Under the pieces are notes generated by a model that worked only from the letters and a program-made list of their open reading frames with translations, made no database searches and was not told the origin of the DNA. A stretch of 64,000 nucleotides of DNA, taken from Hormiphora californensis (lineage: Eukaryota; Animalia; Ctenophora). Numbering within the stretch: position 1 is the first letter of the stretch; every line of letters starts with the position of its first letter. Shown one piece after another: positions 37,943 through 64,000 of this stretch. Location: assembly GCA_020137815.1 (NCBI GenBank), contig CM035357.1:4278001-4342000 (forward strand), written 5' to 3'. Made by a program: the position numbers and the translations under genes.

Positions 37943-40739
37943 TCCATTATATCAACTGATTGATGGAACAACTAACAAGGCGTCACACTAACCTAAATAT
38001 GTATTCGAGAGGTTCTCCAGACCCAGATCTAGGCTATCTTCTCTCCGTTCTCTCAGGAAGGAAAGGTACACTTCGAGAACACCACAGTGGGCCATTGTAG
38101 TAAATTTGCTGCCAAGGCGGGTAGAGTACTGAGTATTTGATAAGAGTCAACAACGATAACTCCATAATAACTGTGCCTGAGGGAGGGAGGGCTTATTGAG
38201 GTGGAACTCAGCGGGAGGGATGATTATACATTGTCATGATTCATGTTATACAGTCGGACCCCGATTTACCGGGGTGCTCGGGGGAAAGGGTTTTTCCCGG
38301 TAAATCGGAACAAAACTGTTAATTTCCTATTTTGATGGGTATCTACCAGGGTCTGAGGGGTGTACAAGAAGGTAAACGGGTTATCTAATGAGCTGTAAGG
38401 GCTATCTAGGAAGCTTCGAGGGGTAACTAATAGAGTGTAATTGGTATCTAGCTGCCAGCAGGGTCTGACTAAGGCCGGAAGGTACATTCAGAAAACTAAA
38501 TAACTGAAAACTTACATCATGCCTCATTGAGATGGACGCAGACCATTCTTTGGGATAGAGTTTTCTTCGGGTCGGCCCATACCAGCTTTATCAGTCTTGA
38601 ATCTATCAAAAGAGAGATATGGTCCATAGCAAGAGAGCTATAGAGGATATCGAGAGATATAGAGAGAGAGAGCATATACAGATTAGCGACGAGAGAGCTC
38701 GAGCGATATAGATGGACGACTCGAGATAGAGATATCTCTCCTCGATCTCTTCTCGCCTCCTCTTGTTTTCTCGCCTCTCGCAGAGCTCTCTCTTCATCTA
38801 GAGCCTTTTGCTCTAGCCCCGCTCCTACTTCATTCGTTAATCTTACTCTCCCTTCTTTGTAGCCTGGGTTGAACACTTTAAATTGATGTCATGACATGGG
38901 ACTGGTCTGGGGGTTCTAATGGAATGTCACAGCACTTTACTTTACTTAAAACCGTCTCTGTGATATAATGGTTCCAAACCCATCTAAGCAAGGTGGGAGG
39001 GTAATCCAGGTGTGTGGTTTGGGGGGGGTCTTGTTCCTCTCTTTTCTCCATTCTTCTTCCTTGTTATTCTTCTTTCATTTTTCACTTTTTTTCACCTGGG
39101 GGGCAAGGGAAATGAAGGGTGTGTGTGTGGGGGAAGTGTTGGCCCTTTAAATCTATACCCTCTATAGATTTGAAGTCCTTCGTTAAGATTTATGGATTTA
39201 TAGACAAAAATAAAATTGAATCGGCACCCACAGTAAGCAATATCTCATCTACAATGACTATGGGAGAGGGGGTTGTAAGGGTAAGAGGGTGTGTACAAAA
39301 AGAAGTACTTACACACTTTATATTATGTAACACAGATTGTAGCTTTGTGCTAATCAAAACAGAGGAAGGGCAGGTTGACAGATTGCAACTCTTGTAGAAA
39401 GAAGCGGAGAGAGAGAGAAAGGTGAAGTTGGGTGTACAGAAAGAATGTCACATACAACAGTGTTTTTACAACCGCACGGTTTTACGACTAAACCCTATTG
39501 GACCAAAGAGGGTGGTGGCTTTTTCTTTTATATAGTCCCCACCAAGTGGGCGTTGACAGATGAAACTCTGTAAAAGAGTCGGAGAGAGAAAATCGGGGAC
39601 AAAAAAAAAAAACAACTGCAGTCAAGTGAAGATATGAAACACACTATGATGAATTGATGAATTAAATAGAGGGATGGATCCACTTAACACTTTGGCTGCG
39701 GTCTTGCTGACGCGGTTAGCTAAACAAAACACAAGTATAAACAAGGAACAAGCTGAACAAATGCAACAGAGCTGAAAGTGAGAAAAGGCGGGAGAACTGG
39801 ACTGCGTAGTCTGTAGCTACTGGGGGGGTGCCAGACAAAACTTTGTCAAACTCTGTATGGCGGTGCCATACCCCCATTCGATTCTCAAATTGATCTAAAT
39901 CTAGCTAAAATGACATTGACGGGCGTTAGCTAAAATTATAGTGAACAAAGTTTTATTTCAGACACAGAAAGTGGTTCCGGTTTCTGAAGAAGAATCAAAT
40001 CAAACACATAACAAGCAATTGCACATCTCCATTTTGAATTATTAAACACTGGCATCGCGAGTCTCTGTGACAAGAAACCCATATCAAAACCCTCACTTGG
40101 GGTTTGTGTTTTTAAAGTGTCCGTTACCATTAACTCAAAAAAGTTTGTCGCGAAAACTTTTTTGACAAAAAAATCGCGAAAAGTTGCCCGGCGAAATTTT
40201 TGAAATTTTGAAAATGCGATATTTTGAGGAAAACGCGCCGCGGCGTTGCAAAATCAGCCTGATTTTTAGCGCGGCTCACTATTTGCGCGAGAAATCACGA
40301 TCCCACCAGATCACTCACGCAGCGTGATATATTGTGACACCAGACCCTAATCTGAGCGCGCGACAGTGCGCTCAGATGGGTCGCGGCGCCAGACAGACAA
40401 TTATCTACCTTGCTGTTTTTAAGAGAAGTTAATTGGACTTGAGGAGGCTGAGCAATAGCCGTTCAAAGATTGGTTGTTTTCAAAAAGTGACGTCACAGGT
40501 CCCTGCAGGGACACTTTGTTTCAAATTTGAATTAAAATCTCGAATTTTTTATTTTACCGCACTCGATTTTGCGGAGTTTGGTTCATATCTCCTGTTCCTG
40601 ATAAGATAGAGACCTGAAACCGGTTGCATTTGAAAGCTGTTATCTTCCTCTTTCCAACGCTACCAAAACGATTTCTGTACCATATCTGGAACCGGAGATA
40701 TGATTGATTATGTATTCCCCCCTAGCGCGGTATTCCCTC

Positions 40740-40771
40740 CAGGCCCCTTATATTATATTATAAGGGGCCTG
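40740..40771. repeat. Perfect short hairpin
   Basis: caggccccttata..tataaggggcctg. Confidence 0.75.
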
Positions 40772-41657
40772 CAACGTAAAGTCGGATTTTTTGAAACTGT
40801 CACCCCAAAATGACCGCGCATGTGAAATTTATCAAATTTGACGCGCACACCACACGTTAACATGTGATGTGACGCGCAAAAACATTCCGCGCACGAAAAG
40901 GGGGGTGACAGTTTCAAAAAATCGGACTTTATGCCAAAAATCTGGGTGTTTTGGGAGGGAAAACGTTAAAATCTGGGTGCCTTTCATTGCTAACAATTCG
41001 TAGTTTTAGCGCGCGCGACGGGTTAGGGCTATCCGTTAGGGTCTGGTTAGGGTTTGGTTTTAGTAGGGACCCTAATCTGATCCAGGCACGGATTTTACCC
41101 CTCTTTTTTATGATTGGAAATAGTTAATTAATTGTCCCTTAGTCATGTACATTACAAGAAATATACGCGTGCCTGGGTTAATTGGCCAATAAAAGCCAAT
41201 TAAGTCTTAATTGCCAGTCAAACTACTTAAATGTCTCTTATTCTTGATTGAAACATCGGATTTGAGTCTAGTAAAAAGCATAGTGTTCTAAATTACTCTG
41301 CAAACAAGATTCAGTAAAAAATTTGGATGAAATTGGTTCTAAATTAGGTTTTTTGAACATGGGCCAAATACCCGCCAAAACCAATAAATAGGGTACTTTT
41401 CCAATGCTGTCACCTTTTGACTTTCATCTATACTTTTATACCGCGCGCACCAATATGTACCGTGCGCGGCAATCAGAACACCTTGTTCAAGGACAAAGGA
41501 AGGAGGTCTCATGGAAACAGCTGAAAAATGCGCTGACAAGTGCCGTAACCATGTTAATGAATTTCTTCCTCATTTTACGACCATTTCCAAGTTCCAGTAT
41601 TCCGATATTAAACACAAAATGAAATATGTTTGTATACAGAGGGGGAAAGAGTAAGAG

Positions 41658-41757
<100 letters not shown>

Positions 41758-42214
41758 AGGGATAATTACAAACATGTTTCAATGATTCAACCACACTGTT
41801 CTTTGTAATTGTTTACCAAAAATTTAAACTGACATACATAATAAAATGGTACACAGTTCATTGTTCAAATAGACGAAAAATATCAACAATTAATAACATC
41901 CACATGTATGCATAATTATAAAACGGTCCGTTGTGATTAACTGTGTACAGTATAATCAGCTGATCAAACTGTTCACCCCACCCATGGTTTTATCTGGAAA
42001 AATATTTAGTTTCCACGTCACTCTGGCGGTATTATAATTGTTCCTTGCTATTTCGGGGTCAACATTTGGAATGAGTACGGAAAACAATAAAAGTTCAATT
42101 ATTTCAAACACTCATTCAAGGGCTTCGCCAACACAGGAATAGTCAGAGTCCTACACACAATGTATTACTCCACCCCTAATCACATAGCGTCTCCACCCCT
42201 AATCACATAGCGTC

Positions 42215-42475
42215 CCTCAGGATGCAACCTTCTCAACTCACTCTTTAATGTTCTCTTTCTCTCAACCCTCTACTCTAGAGTCCGATCAGGCTCCAGAAAC
42301 ACCTTTGAGTAGGCCGTAGTAGTCTTGAGCTCCCTTGCCTTCCTCAGAAGAGAAATCAGAGTTTCCCTGGAGTTCAGAGAGACAACGACAGGTCTCACTT
42401 TTCCATCAGCAGCAGCACCCACTCTGGAACACTTGGAGATCACAGGCTTCTCGTTTAGAGAGTCCATAACTCCGA
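42215..42475 (-). pseudogene. LINE ORF1 C-terminal fragment
   Basis: SRVGAAADGKVRPVVVSLNSRETLISLLRKARELK..VFLEPDRTLE* resembles CR1/Jockey-type ORF1; in-frame stop. Confidence 0.65.
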
Positions 42476-42606
42476 AAGGGATCTTTGAGAAGCAGGATAC
42501 ACCTATCATTGCAGATGTTTTACCCTTCCACCCAGGTATTCCGGCCGTTCCAACTGAGCGCCGTTCTGTGATGAGTTTTCCTGCAAGAATACAGTGGTGA
42601 GGGGAG

Positions 42607-42721
<115 letters not shown>

Positions 42722-44779
42722 GGGGAGAGAGAGAGAAAGAGAGTGGATGGTGAGAGAGAAATAGAGATAGGGAGATACAGAGAGAAATAGTACAGAGACA
42801 ATAGGAGAGAATCGAGATATAATATAATAATAACATAACGGCGAGGGAGATACAGAAAATTATTGTACATGACTGTACTGTTGAGGTTCACACAATAAAT
42901 GCATGCACATCATTTCCCTCTAATATATGTCAAACTTGTGATAGATATAGAGCTAGAGAAACACTCTAAGACAGACTATAGTGTAGGTCATGGGTATGCC
43001 ATACCCATGACCTACACCATACGGCATACACCATACCCAGTATGGAGAAATAGATCAAAGGGATGGAGAGATAGAGATGGAGAGATAGCGATGGAGATGG
43101 CCTTGCTCGAACCTCTTTCCTAGGGGGGTTAGAACATAACAAGATACCGGGTGGGCCAGAAACATGGAGCCATTTTGAGATAACTAATGTGTCAATACAG
43201 TTCGCTCTCCGAAATAGAGCTAGAGATAGAGAAAGAGATAGAGAGAAGACATCTGATAGCGAACGACAGAGGGAGACAGATTGCTCTATCATACTTAATC
43301 ATCATACCTACATGAATAGCATGTAATAAAGATAAATAGAAATGTAATAAATAACTGGGAAGAGAATAGAATAAATAACTGGGAAGAGAATGGAACTCGG
43401 GAGGGATTTGGGAAGGGACGATTTGACAACTAACCTTCTTGGTTATGGAGATGAGAGTGTAGTTCACGCGTCCAGTCCAGTTCTCTTTTCGGAAAATATC
43501 CCAGCCACATACTAGTTGGCCATCGTTTAATTGTAGTCGTTACTGCGGTGAAAACTAGATTCCCATGTTTATCATATCAGTTGGTACCTGGACGGGGCAA
43601 AGATTGTTTATAGACATGGTGATGTACCTAGCTAAAAAAATGGTGAACATGTTACATGTATTATAATAGACTGTTTATCGATCGTGATTCGATTAATTGG
43701 GGTTTCTTGCAACATTAGCTGGTACAGAATTTAGTGGTAACAGTACCTCGTTTGTAATGATTCCCCGAGAGAAAAGAACACTCTTCCTCTTTGTAGACAT
43801 TACACAATACACATCCGACATCCGTACACATCACTACTTTTGAGTTTTCCGTTCGCAACATTAAACTATCAAATACTACCAGTTATAAATAAGAAATTTA
43901 GGGATTAAAGGATAATAAATAGAGGGGATAGGTAAAGGAACAAGGAGAATTGGTTCAAAAGTAGGTACCTACTAGGAGAGACGATGTAGAATCAGGTACC
44001 AAAAAGGGGGATGCAAAAGGAGTTACCCAAAAGGGGGAGGATGTAGAAGCAGGTGTGAAGGAGTAAGGGTACAGAAGGCTGAAGGAGGTACCCAGGAGGG
44101 GGATGAAGAAGCAGGTACCATAAGGAGGAAGGGTGTGCATGAAAGTTGGGCCAAGAGAGAATACAGAAGGAAAGACCCAGGGATGGGGTGCAGGAGGAGG
44201 TACCCAGGGTACGGAGGGAAGGTGGTACTCGGAAAGGAGAGAGTGCATTAAGAGGTAAACCAGGCCAAGGGAGAGAGCAGAAAGATATACCCACTGGCCA
44301 CTATCCAGGAGCGAGGGAGAATGTAGAAGCAGGTACCACAGATGGAAAAAGGATGCACCAAAGACTCAGGACACAGGAAGGAGGATGTACAAACAGGTAC
44401 AAAAGAGGGAGGGTGCAAAAAGGTGCCCAGGAGAGGCCAAACTCTAGAGGAAGTACAGAAGGGAGCTCCAAGGTGCCCAGTAGGAGGAAGAAGCTAAGGC
44501 AGCGACTGCATAATGCTAAAGGAGAACCGAGAAACCCACGATCGAGGCAGTGGTCTGACGAGGGTCCTTCAGCTTTCAACAGGAAACATTTAAAAGCAGC
44601 CAAATTGTGGGAAGCGATAAATTAATAAGATTGCAATCAAATATGGCACAACTAAAACAGAAAGTTAAGAAATTAATAGAAATCAGAAGGAAATTGCCAG
44701 GAGCGTCCGGATCAGACGTACCAAAATCCACCAGAGTGGAAATGAAACATTTTTGGTTCGGCTCGGCTGTGGACGAACT

Positions 44780-46680
44780 TCTCGCTCAGAAAGAGCCGCG
44801 CACTTGCACGCGCAAATCCATTTACAAATTTCACTACTGCGCGCGAAATTAAGAAACCCTACTATTTGGGGTTATCGGTTAGGACTATCGATTCTCTATC
44901 AGATAAAGTCGGATTTTTTGATTTATAGTCTGTTATTTAATTTCAGCTAACAAGTTGTTTTCCAGAAGTTTATGTGTCCCGTTTTTCCTTAGGCTTTTTT
45001 CAATTTTTGGAGTATATAATCAGTAGATGTGTCCATTTTGTTCTAAGTGAGTCAGGATATTAGCAACCTTGGTGTACCGCTCTGAATCTGGGCAGTGTTG
45101 GACTCATGTCAATGATCCAGCCCTGTCTGGACTGAGCGGTATACTAAAAACCCTTTATTATTATTATTATTATTATTAAGTTGTCACCCCAAAATGACCG
45201 CGCATGTGAAATTTATCAATTTTGACGCGCACACCACACGTTAACATGTGATGTGACGCGCAAAAACATTCCGCGCACGAAAAGGGGGGTGACAACTTCA
45301 AAAAATCCGACTTTACCGCTTAGTTTACTTGAATTGGCCATGTGGTTGCATGGCTATAGCCGTTTGAAAAAAGTCGGTCTAAGTGTACTCTTTTGGTAGC
45401 GCGCACCTGTAAACAGGCCGCAAGGCACCCAGATTATAATCGCGCCCTTTTGGGAGTGCTGACAAATGGTTTTTTAGGGTTAGGGCTAAGGTAGGGTTAG
45501 GGTTAGGGTTGGGGTTTGGGTTGGGGTTAGGCCTTGACATTCCCTAAAGTCGGATTTTTTGAAACTGTCACCCCCCCCCCTGAAATAACAAAATTTGTCA
45601 TATCTCCGGTACCACTTTTGAAAGTGAGGAGTGTGTAGAGCGTTGGCTTGTAGTGCATGCTCCAATATTTTACACTATAAAGTGGTATATATAAATGATT
45701 ATATTACATTTACATTTACTGATAAGATAGAGACTTGAAATTTGGAGGTTCGGAAGAACTTAGCAAGATCTTCGTAACCTCCAAATTTCAAGTCTCTTAT
45801 ATCTCATCAGGAACCGGACTTATGGTCATTTAAAGAAATTTGAAAACTCTAAAAAACGACAGTTATTTAAAATCAGACTATACCAGATAAACTTTGAATC
45901 AGCCAAAACGGTTGAGTGGTTTGGCGGTTAGAGCCATTTTAGTGAATCAACTTTTTTGGCAGCGCGCACCTGTAAACAGGCCTCCAAACACCCAGATCGT
46001 AACGTCGCCCAGTGTGCAGCGTTTTAAAAAAGTTCAAAGTTTTTTAACTGAATCTTTCCGGAAAACGTTAAAATCTGGGTGCTTTTCATTGCTAACAATT
46101 CGTAGTTTTGGCACGTGCGACGGGTTAGGGCTATCCGTTAAGGTCTGGTTAGGGTTTGGTTTGGGGTTATCGGTTTGGGCTATCGATTCTCTAACAGATA
46201 CCGTTTAGTTTACTCAAATTGGCCATGTGGTTGCATGGATATAGCCGTTTGAAAAAAGTCGGTCTAAGTGTACTCTTTTGGTAGCACGCACCTGTAAACA
46301 GGCTGCAAGGCACCCAGATTATAATCGCGCCCAATCTTTCCCTTTCTTTTTTTCTTTTATTTGAAACTTTTTTAAAACTTCTTCTAGAAAAACTAGAAAA
46401 AGTGAAAAACTTTAAGACAGCCTCCGGGAAACGTTAAAATATGGGTGTTTTGAGTGTCAGCTCTCACGGTTTTTACTTCCGACTCAGCCGTTTTGGCTAA
46501 AGTACACCCCAAACTACTATGTCCCTCACTCGGGTTTTGTAAAATTTCCCACGGTCATAACTCCACTCCCTGATGAGATAGAGATTTGAAATTTGTTTTG
46601 TAGGAAGAACTCGACATGATCTCCTCACAAAACAAATTTCAAATTTTTTCGTTTGAAAAAGTCGCGACTTTTTCAAACGG
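44780..46680. mobile_element. Cluster of nested MITE fragments
   Basis: AAGTC..GACTT, GGGC/(TTAGGG)-like and gataagatagagacttgaaa palindromic pieces; duplicated block 45315-45447 / 46200-46332. Confidence 0.7.
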
Positions 46681-46697
46681 TTTTAACCTCATATATA

Positions 46698-47896
46698 CAG
46701 GGTGTCCCACTGTCTTTGCGTGACCTATGATTTTGGGTGATGAGTGGGTTCCATTCAAATGCTCATAACTCATCGAAAAATTGGTCAAAACGGCTCTTCC
46801 AAAAACAGTGTTGTAGAGAATTGTCAGGCGAACATTTGGGTACAAGATTGATGTTCCAAGTCTTACCAACCGTCAGATATATCGTCTTAAAGTAAAAAAT
46901 ACGTGTTCATGAAATCCGACCGGGGTTCACGTTTTGAAAAATTCACAAATGCAAAGTTGCTCGGATCACATTGCATCCCTCATAAGAGTTGTAGGAAATT
47001 GTCTGGCGGTCATTTTGGTACCCGAGTTTTTGTCCTAGCTCAATGTTTAGAGTGTCTTATGACTGTCAGAACTGGAATTTTCACAAAAGTGGTCTCAGGT
47101 ATCGCATTACATTTTGCCCTGTTATGAAGCTCATTGCTTCTTGAATAACATCTTAGTGCATGATAGGGTTGAGATAGACCACTTGCGTATCCTACACATT
47201 AACAGGGGCCTTGCCAAATCGTCATAACAACCCTGTCAAGTGTCTAGATGAAATTGAGACGATATGTGCTGATTATCATGGGATTACACACGACACCGAG
47301 CCACCTAATTAGGCGTTGTGAGCCGATACCAACTAAGACTCAGCGTAGACAAATCTTTATGTTCCTACAGTCATAACGCAACTAAAACGTAGAGCTATGG
47401 ATAAAATCATGGTATCAAAATGAACCTTAGACGATTCCAATGAAGCCCTTATAAATTTCAAACCATTTTACCCATTTGTTGATGACACGTGATCCCCTCA
47501 AAAATGTTGGTTGAATTTCGTCTTTAGACAGTCATAAGACAGTCTAAACATTAAGCTAGGACAAAAACCCGGGTACCAAAGTGACCGCCAGACAATTTCC
47601 TAAAACTCTTATGAGGGATGCAATGTGATCCGAGCAACTTTGCATATGTGAATTTTTCAAAACGTGAACCCCGGTCGGATTTCATGAACACGTATTTTTG
47701 ACTTTAAGACGATATATCTGACGGTTGGTAAAACTTGGAACATCAATCTTGTACCCAAATGTTCGCCTGACAATTCTCTACAACACTGTTTTTGGAAGAG
47801 CCGTTTTGACCAATTTTTCGATGAGTTATGAGCATTTGAATGGAACCCACTCATCACCCAAAATCACAGGTCACGCAAAGACAGTGGGACACCCTG
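46698..47896. mobile_element. Tc1/mariner-type non-autonomous element with ~370-bp TIRs
   Basis: ta-cagggtgtcccactgtctttgcg ... cgcaaagacagtgggacaccctg-ta. Confidence 0.92.
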
Positions 47897-48489
47897 TATA
47901 AGTAAACGCTTTTTGGCAGTGACTAGTGTGTACCTGTAAATTGGCATCAGAGGCATGCCTAGGCACCCAGATTATGATAGTTGTAATTGTTATAGGTAGT
48001 AAGGTACTATGTACACAGTCTATCTAAATTGTCTCGTTCGACCCTGTATCACCGTGCTCCGCAAGGTGAAACAAATGTAAGGAGGGTTAGAACACAACTA
48101 ACAACATCTATAAGTGTGTGAAGAAGGCTGATTATTGAACTTCATGGATTAGATCCCGCCCACCCTTCATCTGTCACAGTTAATTTTACACATGCCCGTT
48201 TTACACATATTGCAATATAAAACATGTGATACTGTCAACACTTTACCCCTCTTTGACATTTGTCGCAAATATATCATTGTTCGACTAATGTTTATGTTCT
48301 GGACTATTATAAATATTCATATTTTAAGCTGAATTTTATTATTCAGTCTGACACCGATTTACTTGGCCCCGAGCATCTCCCAAGCATCCCGGTAAATCAG
48401 GGTCCGACCGTATTTAATAACTGCATAATGTGTTTTGTGTAACTAACTAATACAACTACAACACTGATAGGAATATTGAATGTATATGG

Positions 48490-60548
<12,059 letters not shown>

Positions 60549-60636
60549 AATGAAAATTAATCGCACAAATTTACAACCCATTTCTTTAAAGATCGGTGCA
60601 TTTATATTGTACTCATTACTTCTCTCACTCTGATCT

Positions 60637-63126
60637 CTAAAGGAACTCCATCGGAACGAACACGCTGGTTATCCATAGTAGGCCACGTTGGGCACCCTGA
60701 TCGTTGAAGATGGGTATGGGCTCATTAATAAGGGTATCATGTCCGGGAACGAACCTTGCCGTTCCGAAGTGATCATCCCTGGACCATCTGTAGGAAGTGG
60801 GTTGTTATTAGTTCTATCGTGGGGAGGGGGAGTGAGGCCGAGAGGAAGTGGGATGAACGCAAAATATGGATAACAAGTAGGGAAGTGGGGGAGTAGTGGT
60901 TTATTTAGAGGGGAGTGAGGGGTTATTTAGAGGGGGAGTAGTGGTTTATTTAGAGGGGAGTGAGGGGTTATTTAGAGGGGGAGTAGTGGTTTATTTAGAG
61001 GGGAGTGAGGGGTTATTTAGAGGGGGAGTAGTGGTTTATTTAAAGGGGAGTGAGGGAGTGGGGTGCAAAATATGGGTAACACGTAGGGAACTGGGGGAGT
61101 ACTAGGTTATTTAGAGGGGGAGTGAGGGGGTGGGAGTATTGTCTGTTTTGAAGACATGCAACACAGTGTGTGTCCCCCCCCTGGTGTCTCACACTGTCTG
61201 CTAAACTGACTGTCCCGTATGTTGCCAACACATCTCATGTGGATTGATATTTTGTAATATTTTAATATCGTTTTGTGTTCCAGAATGAGCGTGTGTAGTT
61301 AGGGGCTAGTGTAGTTATAGGGGCCAGTGTAGTAAAAGGGTTTTTTAGCACCTAACTTTTGCAATATATTATTATAGTCTCACCTGTCCCAGTCCCATAC
61401 GGACAGCTCAAAGACTTGTTTGGAAAGAGGGGATTCTTCATTTAGCAACATCTCGTACTTCACATCGAATTTAGGAGTTCTGCTTTTCATCACAACTTCT
61501 GTTTCTTCAAGCTGTAATGATATACCGTCTTTTAATATACTGCGTAGGCCAAACAGCGACAGCAATCGAAGCAGTGATTATAGTACAGATAAATGAGAAA
61601 TATATCCAAAGTGACTAGTGAGGCCGAGAACTGTTGTTGCTTGGGTTTACACTTGCCATGCATCAACCGATATAATTCGCACTAACCTCAAACCCATTAT
61701 GTTTCACAATCACATAACTATCATAATCATTGTCCATGGAGGTAAGTTGGGAGGCGCCGTGAAGTGCAAAGTAGAGGACTCCGTTCTCGGTGGACCTGGT
61801 GCAGTTGGTCAGGGAGAACAGAGAGGGCACCAGCTCTTCGACCCCCGTAAAGGGGTTCTTAATCGTCTGTGGAGGTGGGGTTAGATATACCGCGTGGGCC
61901 AATAAAAAGGGAGGGTCTTAAATCTTAGATTTCTCCGGCACCTTAATTCCAATGGTTCTGAAATTTTGACACAATGTTGTTGAGCTTATGCCAGATATGT
62001 GTACTGAGTTTCAAGTCCAAAAATGAAAAAATTCATTAATGAACCTAAATTCATGTTTTTAGGCCAATGTAGGTTTTCTCTATTCGGTTTTTTTCGTTTT
62101 TAGGAACTTCTTTTGCACTCCACACCGGATATCTGATACTGGGTACAACAAAGGAAATTCGAGACCTATTGCAATCTTGCTAACATGATTTTGTCACATC
62201 CTGATTACGTTTTTTCTTGCTTACATGGAGGTCACATGACGCTTGTTGTTACCAATCAGTATAGGCAATGGTGAGCTTCCATTAGCAAGGTTTCGATTTA
62301 CTAATGTCTCAACTAACGGTTTGTTAATGAACTATCGGTTTAATGTTAATTTATGCAGTTATTAAGGAAAAATTAAATTTTTTTAAAAAAAACGGAAATT
62401 TAAGAAAAATAATTTTTTTTAAAATAAGCAGTTTTCATACCAGAATGAACTTAAATGATTAAAGCATAACCCAGCAAGGTTTTAATTTCATCTCTACAGT
62501 GCAAATCTCTCATTTTCAGCGAAAATATGTTTTTTGAAAAAATGATCATTTTTAATTCATTAATTTCACCCACTAAACTTTATTCAATTTCAATGAAATT
62601 TTAGATTGCCATTGATAAATGTTAATACTATTGAGTGGCTGCAATTTTGCGATCCAAATCGACTTGGAACAAGGGAAAACCTTCAATTAACTTTAAAAAA
62701 AGTAATTTAGGTTCATTAATGAACTTCTGCATTTTTGGACTTGAAACTCTGTACACATATCTGGCATAAGCTCAACAACATTGTGTCAAAATTTCAGAAC
62801 CATTGGAATTAAGGTGCCGGAGAAATCTAAGATTTAAGACCCTCCCTTTTTATTGGCCCACGCGGTATAGGGGTTATCGTATTGTTACCATGGTAACCTA
62901 CCTTTTGTTAACACGCATGTACTGTTACTATGGTAACCTACCTGTTACCATGGTAACATACCTTTGTTAACACCCATGGTAACCCACCTGGACTGGAGGA
63001 ATAACTTGAGTCCACACATCAATTGTTGCGTTCCAAGTGCTGTCCCTATCCTGGTGAATTTTAGTGTGTCGAGTTCTAACTGTTGCCTTCCTCAGTTCAC
63101 TCGATATCCGGGGTCTCACATCCAGC
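60637..63126 (-). CDS. 3' exons of a C2-domain protein (C-terminal C2)
   Basis: Phase-consistent exons 63126-62988, 61866-61687 (GVLYFALHGASQLTSMDNDYDSYVIV), 61511-61384 (ETEVVMKSRTPKF..LSVWDWDR) and 60787-60637 (WSRDDHFGTARF..EFL*). The 5' part lies beyond the window end. Confidence 0.85.
60889..61130. repeat. 45-bp intronic tandem repeat
   Basis: gagtagtggtttatttag recurs at 60891, 60936 and 60981. Confidence 0.85.
61890..62865. mobile_element. Tc1/mariner-type non-autonomous element, ~165-bp TIRs
   Basis: ta-ccgcgtgggccaataaaaagggagggtc ... gaccctccctttttattggcccacgcgg-ta. Confidence 0.92.
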
Positions 63127-64000
63127 CTAGAGGGGATGGGGGGAGGGGTAGGGGTCTCACATCCAGCCTAGAGGAGATGGGGGGTAGGGTGGGGTGGGGG
63201 AGGCCGTGGGGGTCTCACATTTAACCTAGAGTGTAGAGGAGATGGGGGTAGGGTGGGGTGGGGGAGGCCGAGGGGGCCTCACATCCAACCTAGAGTGTAG
63301 AGGAGATGGGGGTAGGGTGGGGTGGGGGAGGCCGAGGGGGCCTCACATCCAACCTAGAGTGTAGAGGAGATGGGGGTAGGGTGGGGTGGGGGAGGCCGAG
63401 GGGGCCTCACATCCAACCTAGAGTGTAGAGGAGATGGGGGTAGGGTGGGGTGGGGGAGGCCGAGGGGGCCTCACATCCAACCTAGAGTGTAGAGGAGATG
63501 GGGGTAGGGTGGGGTGGGGGAGGCCGAGGGGGCCTCACATCCAACCTAGAGTGTAGAGGAGATGGGGGTAGGGTGGGGTGGGGGAGGCCGAGGGGGCCTC
63601 ACATCCAACCTAGAGTGTAGAGGAGATGGGGGTAGGGTGGGGTGGGGGAGGCCGAGGGGGCCTCACATCCAACCTAGAGTGTAGAGGAGATGGGGGTAGG
63701 GTGGGGTGGGGGAGGCCGAGGGGGCCTCACATCCAACCTAGAGTGTAGAGGAGATGGGGGTAGGGTGGGGTGGGGGAGGCCGAGGGGGTCTCACATCCAA
63801 CCTAGAGTGTAGAGGAGATGGGGGTAGGGTGGGGTGGGGGAGGCCGAGGGGGCCTCACATCCAACCTAGAGTGTAGAGGAGATGGGGGTAGGGTGGGGTG
63901 GGGGAGGCCGAGGGGGCCTCACATCCAACCTAGAGTGTAGAGGAGATGGGGGTAGGGTGGGGTGGGGGAGGCCGAGGGGGTCTCACATCCAACCTAGAGT
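63110..64000. repeat. 64-bp G-rich minisatellite running off the window
   Basis: Period 64 (acatccaacc at 63281, 63345, 63409); many G-runs. Confidence 0.95.

Noticed and set aside
36664-37971. 331-431-aa repetitive ORFs
   Set aside because: Open only because the 33-bp unit lacks stops in those frames; no independent coding evidence.
36700-39100. Possible minus-strand gene, including a TGT-TGA that could suggest selenocysteine near 38148
   Set aside because: Splice-like sites exist, but I could not build a stop-free, phase-consistent model and saw no SECIS or homology.

Overview
Eukaryotic, intron-rich and repeat-dense genomic DNA from an animal. The dispersed repeats (e.g. 48631-48726) resemble ones I recall from a Pleurobrachia-like ctenophore; this is recollection and is not verified. 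I reconstructed host genes by hand from GT-AG exons: a GABA-B-like class C GPCR (minus, <1-7476), a PCED1/FAM113-like SGNH esterase with a long Pro/Tyr-rich tail (minus, ~17298-25350, 5' half in a garbled stretch), a SOWAH-like winged-helix gene (plus, 48490-60548) and the 3' end of a C2-domain gene (minus, 60637->63126). One intron of the SOWAH-like gene holds an inverted pair of intronless SRCR-like genes and a MULE transposase. Mobile DNA includes a 5'-truncated CR1/L2-type LINE, an intron-containing ISL2EU/Harbinger element with nested insertions, a 2.1-kb poly(A)-tailed non-coding retro-insertion and many foldback MITEs. The most unusual items are three elements sharing an A..A'B..B' internal-complementary architecture, patchy hypervariability between the SRCR paralogs, and minisatellites built from splice junctions. 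No rRNA, tRNA or CRISPR array was recognised.
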